This document shows positions 47,268-56,344 of a stretch of 64,000 nt of DNA, piece after piece. The position numbers and the translations under genes were made by a program. The DNA lies in assembly GCA_945863035.1 (NCBI GenBank), contig CAMAZH010000001.1:42-64041 (forward strand). Reading direction: 5' to 3'. Within the stretch, counting starts at the first letter, position 1; every line of letters begins with the position of its first letter. The notes beneath the pieces are model-generated. The model was not told the origin of the DNA, ran no database searches, and was given only the letters and a program-made list of their open reading frames with translations. This stretch comes from Chitinophaga pinensis (lineage in GTDB: Bacteria > Bacteroidota > Bacteroidia > Bacteroidales > GCA-2748055).

Positions 47268-50108
47268 TCAATCGATAATCACAGTAAATTGATACTTTCC
47301 TGAACCAGCCTCAAATACGATATATCCATCTTCTTTTCCCCTGAATTTTAAACCATTTACTTTGTTTAGTGCTTTGTTTTTATCAAAAATCACAATATCT
47401 CCTTCCCTAATTGCAATCTTCTCCGATCCGAAATCGGGTAAATGAATTAATGAGGAAGTATTCATGGGCAGAGAAACTTCCAGTTCAAAGAGCTTTTCTT
47501 TTTTACTCCAGTTTGACACGATCATTCCTTTTACGGAGTTGTATGTTGCACGCACAAATTCAAGATCTGCCGGGATAAAGGGTTTAATTTCTATTTCTGT
47601 ATATCCTGGAGAAAGGGGGCTAATTCCAGCCAGCACCTGGAAAAAGAATGTGTTTATTGGTCCTCCGTAATAGGCATGGTTCAGAGATCCCCTGCTATCC
47701 CAGAATTCATGCATGGTGGTTGCCCCATTTTCAACCCAGTTACCAACTGAAGGATAAGTTTTCTGGGCGGCCAGCTTATACGCAACGTCTTTATATCCAT
47801 TGTCGCAAAGGGCATTCCAGATATTGAGATAGCCAAGTACACCCGTGGAAACATGAAAATCCCTGTCGCTTATATCCTTTACCAGAGTGTGGAGCACATC
47901 TTTTTTGTTATTTTCCGGCACCATTCCGAAGTTTATAGCAACAGCATTAGCGGATTGACTGCCATTGGCGTAGGTGATGTCATCCTTAAGATAAGCCTTA
48001 TTGAAAGCGACTTTAATCCTTTCAGCCAGTCGGGCATATTTTTTTTCCTCATCGGTTTTTCCGAGTTCTTTGGCTACCAATGAAAGCAGGTAGGCACTCC
48101 TGTAATAAAATGCAGTGGCAAGAAACTCCCCCGATGGCTGGTCCAGTCCGCCATGATCAACCCAGCAACTCATTTTGTGTAAGCCCCCGGGCTCTTCATT
48201 ATTTTGTGCAAAGCTGATGAAACGGGTCATCATGGGATAATATTTTTCAAGCAGATTTTTGTCTCCATAAGCCATGTAAACACTCCATGGAATATATATG
48301 CATCCCGAGGACCAGGCAATATCGAGGTAAGGATATCCCTGTTCGAATCCATCTTCATGAATAAAATTCATAGGCAGGGTATTGGGTACATATCCTGAAT
48401 TATACTCCTTGAACTGCGAATCCTCAAAATCGACAAACCATTTTCTGTAAAAAGCCTGCATATCGAAAAGCAAACATGCTCCTTCAACGGTCAGATTGGC
48501 GTCACCTATCCATCCGTGTCTTTCATCCCTTTGCGGGCAGTCGGTTTGCATACCATATTGCAGGTTATTGACCTGCCCAAGTGCATATCCCTTAAATATT
48601 TTATTTAACACATCGTTGGAGCAGCTGAAGGCTCCGGTCGGATTCACTATATTGCAGACCAGTTTTCCCTGAATATTCTCTTCGGACGGGACTCCCGGGA
48701 ATCCTGATATTTCAACATATTGAAAGCCATGAATTGTAAAACGAGGTTCCCATACCTCCACACCACCACCTTTAAGAGTATAAACATCGGTTGCATCGGC
48801 TCCTCTGCCCGGGCGCTCCGGGAAAACGGTAAGATTCGACTGATCGATGGAGTTGTCGGCGTGTTTCCTCTCGGCATATCTAAGGGTGATTTTGGTGCCG
48901 GCCCTGCCTGAAACACTAAGTTGAACCCATCCGGAAATATTTTTACCCATATCTGCAACATAGACCCCATTTCCCTGTGCCCATATCTTTACAGGGCGGA
49001 TAGTCTCCATTACTTTCATTGGGGTAAGCTGCGCGCTCATTTTTATGTTTTCGGTTTCCTTCGGACAAGCTACATTGGAAGACCAATTCCGGTCGTCGTA
49101 CCCGGGCTTGTCCCAATTGTCCTCTTTTCTTGCATCATATTTTTCACCATCATAGACATCGTTCTTTTCGTTATGGAGCAAGGGCCCATCTGCAAATGCT
49201 TTCCATTGGTCATTGGTAGTGATTATTTGTTTTGATCCGTCAGACAGATCAATCTCCAGCTGAAGAATGGTTCTTCTTTTCTGAAGCAAAGGATCATTGT
49301 CTGTTCCATTTCCAAACCATGTGCCGATCCATCCTTTTCCTACCATAATGCCCACCGCATTATTGCCTTTGCTCAACAGCGTTGTGACATCATAAGTTGA
49401 ATAATATGCCCTGTGTGAGTATACCGACATATTGGGTTCGAGTACATTATCGCCGGCTTTTTCGCCATTTATCCTTAATTCGAAGAAGCCAAAACCGGAA
49501 ACGTATGCACGGGCTTTAACAATATCGACAGGTAGACTGAACTCATGCCGGAATTGCTCATAATCTCCTCCAATCCATTCTGCCTTCCATTCGTCCATGG
49601 TGAGCATGGCCGTTTCGAAAAAGGCAGGATCGCTCCATTGTGATTTTCGCCCATGCTTATTCTTAATCTGCACCCGCCACGAATATTTTGTTTTGCCGGC
49701 GAGAGGTTTCTTTCCGGAGTATTGAATGGCACTTTGTTTTTGACTTTTAACCCAGCCGGAGCTCCAGACATCGCCATTCAGTTTATTGATATTATCCTCA
49801 TTTGAAGCGACAATGATCTTATATGCTATTTGAGTTTCTGCACGGCCTCCACCCTGATTTTTCCAACCGAATACCGGTTGACCGGTGTCAATCCCCAAAG
49901 GGTTAATGATATCCTCAACCCTGAGATCACCGGGCTTTTCAGAACTGGTTTCCAGATTATTATCCGAGCAGGATAAGAGAGAAAAAAGGATACACGAATA
50001 GAATATTATTCCTTTAAATGACATTTGCATATTGCTTAAAAGTTGATAATTATTTTTTTTGTTTTTCATGACATAATTATTGATCAGAAAGAGTGGCATA
50101 CAGTTCAT
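47268..50108 (-). CDS. alpha-L-rhamnosidase, GH78 family (probable lipoprotein)
   Basis: 946 aa in the track. The likely true start is the internal MQMSFKGIIFYSCILFSLLSC. N-domain: LRVEDIINPLGIDTGQPVFGWKN. Catalytic (alpha/alpha)6 block: MQTDCPQRDERHGWIGDA. Confidence 0.9.
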   Translation of the reverse strand: MNCMPLFLINNYVMKNKKNNYQLLSNMQMSFKGIIFYSCILFSLLSCSDNNLETSSEKPGDLRVEDIINPLGIDTGQPVFGWKNQGGGRAETQIAYKIIVASNEDNINKLNGDVWSSGWVKSQKQSAIQYSGKKPLAGKTKYSWRVQIKNKHGRKSQWSDPAFFETAMLTMDEWKAEWIGGDYEQFRHEFSLPVDIVKARAYVSGFGFFELRINGEKAGDNVLEPNMSVYSHRAYYSTYDVTTLLSKGNNAVGIMVGKGWIGTWFGNGTDNDPLLQKRRTILQLEIDLSDGSKQIITTNDQWKAFADGPLLHNEKNDVYDGEKYDARKEDNWDKPGYDDRNWSSNVACPKETENIKMSAQLTPMKVMETIRPVKIWAQGNGVYVADMGKNISGWVQLSVSGRAGTKITLRYAERKHADNSIDQSNLTVFPERPGRGADATDVYTLKGGGVEVWEPRFTIHGFQYVEISGFPGVPSEENIQGKLVCNIVNPTGAFSCSNDVLNKIFKGYALGQVNNLQYGMQTDCPQRDERHGWIGDANLTVEGACLLFDMQAFYRKWFVDFEDSQFKEYNSGYVPNTLPMNFIHEDGFEQGYPYLDIAWSSGCIYIPWSVYMAYGDKNLLEKYYPMMTRFISFAQNNEEPGGLHKMSCWVDHGGLDQPSGEFLATAFYYRSAYLLSLVAKELGKTDEEKKYARLAERIKVAFNKAYLKDDITYANGSQSANAVAINFGMVPENNKKDVLHTLVKDISDRDFHVSTGVLGYLNIWNALCDNGYKDVAYKLAAQKTYPSVGNWVENGATTMHEFWDSRGSLNHAYYGGPINTFFFQVLAGISPLSPGYTEIEIKPFIPADLEFVRATYNSVKGMIVSNWSKKEKLFELEVSLPMNTSSLIHLPDFGSEKIAIREGDIVIFDKNKALNKVNGLKFRGKEDGYIVFEAGSGKYQFTVIID

Positions 50109-50122
50109 TGGATTCCTTCATG

Positions 50123-53100
50123 CTATGCTTTTACAAATTTTCTTACAACACTCGTGTTTGATTTTCTCATTTTTATAATATAAATACCACTTCTGAATTC
50201 GCTCAGGTCAATGATTTTACTGTCGTAAAAGGCTTCACTGCAATGAAATACAAGTTTGCCGTTTTCATCTGTTATCTGAATATCATCCAGCTTTAAATTC
50301 TTGCATGTTATTTGTAGCTTATTGGATGCAGGGTTTGGAAAGACCTGTATTCCATCTTCTTTCAGATTTTCATGAATTTCATGCTGCCTGAGAGATGTGT
50401 TCAACGAGTCGGTTTGTACCAGAAAGGTGTATGTACCCGACCCGGCAATCCAACTTGTATAGTTGCCTTCTTCTTTAATAAATTTCAAACCCTTTGCATT
50501 GTTTTTAACTGAATCCTGCCAGATTAGAATATCTCCTTCATGAATGCTTTTACCTAACTTTCCATATGGGATGCGGACTATTGCTGTTATATTTGCAGGA
50601 ATTGTAAGTTCCCATATTAAGTTTGTTTTTGTTTTTTTCCAGTTGGAAGAGATGTAGCCTTTAACTGTGGCGACCTTGGCGGAAGCACTATCAAGGAGGG
50701 TTTCTGTTCCTGGTTTCAGTTGGATGGTATCAAATCCGGCCGATATGGGTTTTATACCTGCTGCATGATTAATGAGCCAGTTGGCCACCGATCCCGCTAA
50801 ATATGGATGATTTTTTGAAAGGTTTTGATTATCCCAGTGTTCCCAGAAAGTACCGGGGGCATCGGGTACAGTAAGCATATATCCCCAGCTCGGAAAGGAG
50901 GTTTGTGCAGCAAGGGTATAGGCCATATCGTTGCTTCCGTTGTCGGCGAGCGCAGGCATGAGCGAATAGGTACCAAGGGCTCCTGTTGATACATGACTTG
51001 TTTTCGCGATAGTGTTCCTCAGGTAAAGAACCACATCTTCTTTATTTGCATCAGGTACAATGCCGAAGTTAATAGCAATTGAATTTGCAGCCTGACTGTT
51101 ATTATCGTAGCGATTACCTCCAAGCAGATATTTGCTGTTGATAGCAGTTCTGATGTTTGCTGCGAGGGTTGAGAAAACAGAATCGTCGGATGTGCGGTTT
51201 AACACTTTCGCCATTTTCGCCACGATATTTGAACAATGAAAGAAATAGGCTGAGCCCATAAAATCATTGGAAGGTTTTGCTCCGCAAGTATTCCAGTCGT
51301 TCCATTGAATAAGCGGACCTTCGGTTGAATTATCGAGAATATAGTTGTTGTTTTTATCGAGGGATTTGTACCAGTTGACATAGCGTTTGCAGCGTTCATA
51401 CGTTTTTAGGAGAATAGAGATGTCGCCCGACATCAGGTAGAAATCCCAGGGGATTGAAACGCATGCTGAGCCCCAGATAACATCGTCGCCACCGCCTCCG
51501 GGTATCAGGACACCGGATGCACCATTACCTTTTTCGTCTATCAATATATCATTAATCCATTTTTCATAAAACCGGAAAGCATCAAAATACAACATTGCCG
51601 ATTCAGAGGTAACCATAGCATCAGCCAGCCAACCTGCCCGCTCAGCGCGCTGATTGCAGTCGGTAGGGTAACCCATCATGTTGTCTAACTGGGTAATTTT
51701 ATATGCATTACATATTTTCGTTACTAATGGATTTGAACAATCGAATGAGCTTTGCCGGCTTGTAATATCACTATGGATAAACTTGCCTTTTATGCTGTTA
51801 ATGGTTGGTGTTCCGGGAAAACCTCTAACTTCCACGTATCTGAATCCGTGATAGGTAAAGCGGGGCTCCCAGACTTCAATCCCGTTGCCTTTGCAAATAA
51901 AGGTGTCGATTGCTTCGGCTGGCATGCCCTGTAAGTTTGAAGTGTTGTTTAATGTCCCCGTTCGGTAGAGTCGTTCAGCAAATTTTAAGGCAATTGCTGT
52001 TCCCGCAGGAGCTTCGACGGTAATTTCAGCCCAGCCGCTGATGTTTTTCCCCATATCAAAAATGTAGATTCCGGGGCCAGGGGTAGTCATCGCAACCGGT
52101 GTAATTATTTCGTTTATCCGGATTGGCTCCAGCTGCGCCTTAACATGACCTGAAAATCCGGAGCCCCATTGTCCAAGGCCTTCATCAAATGTCTCATTAT
52201 ACTCCTGGTTTCCGGAAACAGAAATTACCAGATTATCAATATGGGAATGTTCCAACCCCGAATTCCTGATTCCGATTCTGCCGGAGGTATGAGAATTATC
52301 ATTTAGCTCATTTACCAAAACATTATTAATATATGTTTTAACAATTGGTCCGAGAGTTTCGATTTTTATATTGTACCAATCTTCTTTATTAATTGCAGAT
52401 GGAAGGTCAAATTCTCCGATCAGGGTGTAACTGCCGTTTATCATTTTATGCGGACGTAACCGGCCAGGGTTGCCGGCATTAATCTGCCACATATATAAAT
52501 TTTTCTCATCAGTTGCACGAAAAATAATACCTGTACAGATGTTGATAATTTTTATATCCCCTTCAAGGGTAAAATCATTCCAGCTTTGTCCTTCCCGGAT
52601 AAAGCCTTCCTCCCCGCCCTTAGCGTCAAGTATTCCATTGGTCACTTGCCAGCCCGCAGGGATGCCTGGGGAGGATACCACCGGACTAAGCCAGGCTGAA
52701 TCGTCAAAACCTGGCATATTCCATCCAGGCAGCTCTTTTCGTGCATCATACCTTTCACCGTCGAATACGTGCTGATGCATAACAGGACCTCCCCAGAGTG
52801 ATTTCCATGAGCCATTACTTGTAAGGGTTTGAGTGGTTCCATCGGTGTACCAGATATCGATCTGACAAAGGGCTTTTTTGTATTCGTCTCTGTAGTTGAG
52901 ACCCGTTCCAAGCATCATCCCTATCGCGTTATCTGCACCAGGATTCAGCATGGAGGTGATATCGAAAGTAACGTACAGGTAAAGATAATTCGCTCCTCCT
53001 GTTTGAGTGGGAAGCGGGTCAAGCACATGATCGCCTGCTTTGTGACCATTAACAAAGAATTCGAACCAACCTGTGCTGGTGACATATGCGCGTGCTTTAC

Positions 53101-53605
53101 TGATTACTTTTCCGTTTTGAGTTGGAAATTCATTTCTCAGCAAATTAAACCTGCCTGAAAGAAAAGAGGCTTTCCAGTCCGATTCCTTAATCATGGCTGT
53201 TTCAAAGCTTGCAGGTGCGCTCCATGTGCCCCGAAGTCCGTCTTTATCCCAGGTACAAACCTTCCACCAGTATTTTGTTCTCCCACATAAGTCAGTACCC
53301 TGATAAAACACTCCATTCTGTTTTGATGAATAAATCCTGCCTGATGACCAGATATCTCCATTATCTGCATTAATAATTGCTTCGGAGGATGCAACTATGA
53401 TTTCGTATGCGGACTGTTTTTCATCCCGGTCAGAGTCATTTACTTCCCAGCTGAACCGCGGTTGAGGATCGTCAATGCCTAAAGGTTCTATGCAATAATT
53501 CACGCGCAGGTTGGAGGGCGGAAGTGGTGCGACCTGTCCGGAAACAGGCACGAAGCAAAAGATCAATGCCAATAGCAGCGAAACAGCAATTCCAGATTTT
53601 ATCAT
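50123..53605 (-). CDS. alpha-L-rhamnosidase, GH78 family, with an inserted concanavalin/DUF1080-like domain and a T9SS CTD
   Basis: 1160 aa. GH78 blocks: NLRVNYCIEPLGIDDPQPRFSWEV and YPTDCNQRAERAGWLADA. Relative to the 946-aa paralog there is a ~190-aa insertion: GWQVTNGILDAKGG...WNDFTLEGDIKI...GIIFRATDEKNLYMWQI...WYNIKIETLGPIVKTYINN...GRIGIRNSG...IDNLVI. CTD: IQVFPNPASNKLQI. Confidence 0.9.
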   Translation of the reverse strand: MIKSGIAVSLLLALIFCFVPVSGQVAPLPPSNLRVNYCIEPLGIDDPQPRFSWEVNDSDRDEKQSAYEIIVASSEAIINADNGDIWSSGRIYSSKQNGVFYQGTDLCGRTKYWWKVCTWDKDGLRGTWSAPASFETAMIKESDWKASFLSGRFNLLRNEFPTQNGKVISKARAYVTSTGWFEFFVNGHKAGDHVLDPLPTQTGGANYLYLYVTFDITSMLNPGADNAIGMMLGTGLNYRDEYKKALCQIDIWYTDGTTQTLTSNGSWKSLWGGPVMHQHVFDGERYDARKELPGWNMPGFDDSAWLSPVVSSPGIPAGWQVTNGILDAKGGEEGFIREGQSWNDFTLEGDIKIINICTGIIFRATDEKNLYMWQINAGNPGRLRPHKMINGSYTLIGEFDLPSAINKEDWYNIKIETLGPIVKTYINNVLVNELNDNSHTSGRIGIRNSGLEHSHIDNLVISVSGNQEYNETFDEGLGQWGSGFSGHVKAQLEPIRINEIITPVAMTTPGPGIYIFDMGKNISGWAEITVEAPAGTAIALKFAERLYRTGTLNNTSNLQGMPAEAIDTFICKGNGIEVWEPRFTYHGFRYVEVRGFPGTPTINSIKGKFIHSDITSRQSSFDCSNPLVTKICNAYKITQLDNMMGYPTDCNQRAERAGWLADAMVTSESAMLYFDAFRFYEKWINDILIDEKGNGASGVLIPGGGGDDVIWGSACVSIPWDFYLMSGDISILLKTYERCKRYVNWYKSLDKNNNYILDNSTEGPLIQWNDWNTCGAKPSNDFMGSAYFFHCSNIVAKMAKVLNRTSDDSVFSTLAANIRTAINSKYLLGGNRYDNNSQAANSIAINFGIVPDANKEDVVLYLRNTIAKTSHVSTGALGTYSLMPALADNGSNDMAYTLAAQTSFPSWGYMLTVPDAPGTFWEHWDNQNLSKNHPYLAGSVANWLINHAAGIKPISAGFDTIQLKPGTETLLDSASAKVATVKGYISSNWKKTKTNLIWELTIPANITAIVRIPYGKLGKSIHEGDILIWQDSVKNNAKGLKFIKEEGNYTSWIAGSGTYTFLVQTDSLNTSLRQHEIHENLKEDGIQVFPNPASNKLQITCKNLKLDDIQITDENGKLVFHCSEAFYDSKIIDLSEFRSGIYIIKMRKSNTSVVRKFVKA

Positions 53606-53670
53606 TTCATTAACGCATTTTTATTAATAATATCCCTTTAAACCTGTACGAATCGTTCAGGTAAATTTTG

Positions 53671-56313
53671 TTATATTTTGGAGAGTAATTTCGTTATTTT
53701 CCCCATGGAGGTTGTAAAATGTAAAAAGTACAATCCATTGTTGAAACCAGTTAAATCTACTTTATTATTGCTTGAAAAGCCCGTTGATTTTGTGAGGATT
53801 ATTCTTCCGGAGAAATCGAGAATCTCGAGTTGTTCAATTTTTTCCTGATTATTGTAAGGCTCCCAGGTAATATAAACTTCTCCCTCTGTAGGATTGGGAT
53901 AGACATTGATGAATCCGGTACAGGATTTTTTTTCAATATCGGATAATGATGAAGCAGAAAGCATATAGGATTTATTCTTCCATACTGTTCGGCAATACCC
54001 GGCCCCTCCGGGCTGTAATGCTGATATTGCCACAAGCCCTCTGTCAGCCGTCAGTTTTATGGTGTCTCCGTTTAGAACAGCGGGACCTGATAAAATCTTG
54101 TATTCGATGGGTAAACCGGATGCAGAAGTGGCATTTAGCTTAAACAGACTGTCGCCAACCTGCTCACATGCAACAGGAAATTCAATGGTTTGAAATAAAC
54201 AAACAGGATCTAAAAACTGGCCTGAAATAATATCATCTATATTATTCGGACCTGTCCACCTTACACTCACATGGTCTTCACCATTGTTCTCTTTTAAGAG
54301 TATTTCAATGTAATGTTTCTGCCCTCCGGACAGTGAAACAATAGCGGATTTTTGTGATGGGAAAAGATTCCAATTCCGGTAGGGGGTCCAATCATTAACA
54401 TAGGCAATCAGTTGTTTGTTTGTCATGCTTTCATCTTTACTCATCCAGAACTGACATCCATCATCGCCTGAAAGGTAGAATGTGTATTCGCCTGTATAGG
54501 GGGCGCATAAATATCCTGATAATCTTGTGCCATAAAAGTCACCAATATTTTTTGGACTTTCTAAAACACTCAATATTGAAAAGAAACCGGATTCCGAATC
54601 AACAGGAATCAGATCAATTTTGCCGCCCTGTATATTGTCCCATCTCTCATAATTTACATATCCCTCACAGTCGTTGCATGCATGAGGCGGTAATGAAACA
54701 TAAAACGACTGGGTAACAATTGCTGCCTCGCAAAACGTGAAATTTCCGGGTTGGCTTGCTCTGATAACCACCTTACCTTCTGAACCTGTAAGTTGAAAGG
54801 AGGAATCGCTGATAAAGATGGCTGGGCCGGAAACAAGACTGAAAGTTACCGGTAATCCGCTATCGGACATTGCGAACAGAACGATAGTGTCTTTCCCTAA
54901 TAGATGATCCTGAATCGGATCAAAAGTAATACTCTGTGATTCGCATTGATTACTTATTTTAAAAGAGCATAGTGCTCCGCTTTCGCAAATAGTGTCGTTA
55001 CCGTTATGGTAGGCACGCAGGCTTACATTACCTGTGTGGTTTGTCATTTCCACCTGATTCCCATTAATAATAGCGGGCCCGGTTATAACTTCATAAGATA
55101 ATGGTAATCCGGCATTTGAGATGGCGTTAACCGTGATTATACTATCAGAAATAATTGGATCGATTTGTTCAAATACAATCGTGTCAGTCAGACAAATCCC
55201 TTTGAATTTTCTCACTTTACTTTTCAGAATTCGCATATACAAGTCGCCATGTCCACCCTTCATAGGCTCAATATCGTTGCTGCGTTCCGGATTCATTTCT
55301 TCACCCGGATTATCAGGGCAGCCTGTCCATTCGTTAAATGACTGCACCATAATAATTCTTACATCTGCCTTGATTGCTAAATCAAGCTGGTCTCTGAAAG
55401 TCTGACCATTGTTTCTTGGTACGGTAATATTTCCGAAGCCGTACTGTCCATCGTTAAGCCATCCCGGAAGGTTAATTCCTCCTGTTCCCCTTAAGCCAGC
55501 CTGAACGGTCATACACTCAGGCATGCCATTATACATTGAGTATCCAGGGTTGGTGTATTCTTCCCACGACCAATAGGAGGAATGATTGTAGTTCAGATTA
55601 TGCTTTCCAAGGCCGGATCCGATTTTTTGGCATGTGAAATCGGGGTGCGACACATTTGGGGTAAGGTTTTCAGGTCCCCAAATACCCAAAAAAGGTTTAT
55701 CGTTCAATTCAAAGTACAGCTCTCTTTTTTCAGGGTCAGTTAAATAATAGTTATAGATTTGGTTTCCCTTGTTTGTGAAAAAACCGTTTGTAAAATTGGC
55801 ATCCACCCCGCATCCACCAAGAAAAACAGCATACTTCAGAAAGCTCATTCCATTTTTCTTTCTCCAGACCTGGCGTTCAACAAATGCCATGGCATTATCT
55901 TCAATAGCCCATAAATGTTGGTTTTTGGCTCTGTTTCCATCTTCAGTTCCGCAATTGTTGCTGAAATCGAAAACAACAAAATCAACGCCTGCATCAGCAA
56001 GCCATTCAGTGTGCTGATCAATAACCATAAGGTCGGCTGATTCGTACCAGCCCAATTCAGGTTCGGCCCAGGTACAGCCTCCTTTGTTTGGCCAGGAGGT
56101 TGGAAATGAAAACCAGTTGGAGTAATAAACTCCGACTTCTTTGTCTGCATTACTATTTAAAGATTGCTCACCTTTCTGAGTTTGTTCAAGCTTTTCATCG
56201 TTCCAAACAGAAGGGGAGGGGTCTGCAGTAAGCACGTGCCGGATAACAGGATTCTGTGCCGTAGCGAAAGAGCAGCAAAGAAACATCATTCCGAAAAAAA
56301 TTATTATCTTCAT
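53671..56313 (-). CDS. T9SS cargo: unassigned TIM-barrel-like core (copy P3), Ig-like x2, PA14-like, Ig-like, T9SS CTD
   Basis: 880 aa. Core at nt ~55198-56142: TWAEPELGWYESADLMVIDQHTEWLADAGVDFVVFDFSN ... IMVQSFNEWTGCPDNPGEEMNPERSNDIEPMKGGHGDLY. PA14-like module: GYVNYERWDNIQG...GEYTFYLSGDDG...HVSVRWTGP. CTD: INVYPNPTEGEVYI. Confidence 0.85.
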   Translation of the reverse strand: MKIIIFFGMMFLCCSFATAQNPVIRHVLTADPSPSVWNDEKLEQTQKGEQSLNSNADKEVGVYYSNWFSFPTSWPNKGGCTWAEPELGWYESADLMVIDQHTEWLADAGVDFVVFDFSNNCGTEDGNRAKNQHLWAIEDNAMAFVERQVWRKKNGMSFLKYAVFLGGCGVDANFTNGFFTNKGNQIYNYYLTDPEKRELYFELNDKPFLGIWGPENLTPNVSHPDFTCQKIGSGLGKHNLNYNHSSYWSWEEYTNPGYSMYNGMPECMTVQAGLRGTGGINLPGWLNDGQYGFGNITVPRNNGQTFRDQLDLAIKADVRIIMVQSFNEWTGCPDNPGEEMNPERSNDIEPMKGGHGDLYMRILKSKVRKFKGICLTDTIVFEQIDPIISDSIITVNAISNAGLPLSYEVITGPAIINGNQVEMTNHTGNVSLRAYHNGNDTICESGALCSFKISNQCESQSITFDPIQDHLLGKDTIVLFAMSDSGLPVTFSLVSGPAIFISDSSFQLTGSEGKVVIRASQPGNFTFCEAAIVTQSFYVSLPPHACNDCEGYVNYERWDNIQGGKIDLIPVDSESGFFSILSVLESPKNIGDFYGTRLSGYLCAPYTGEYTFYLSGDDGCQFWMSKDESMTNKQLIAYVNDWTPYRNWNLFPSQKSAIVSLSGGQKHYIEILLKENNGEDHVSVRWTGPNNIDDIISGQFLDPVCLFQTIEFPVACEQVGDSLFKLNATSASGLPIEYKILSGPAVLNGDTIKLTADRGLVAISALQPGGAGYCRTVWKNKSYMLSASSLSDIEKKSCTGFINVYPNPTEGEVYITWEPYNNQEKIEQLEILDFSGRIILTKSTGFSSNNKVDLTGFNNGLYFLHFTTSMGKITKLLSKI

Positions 56314-56344
56314 TTGAGGTGCTTTGGATTTATTGTTTTTCGAT

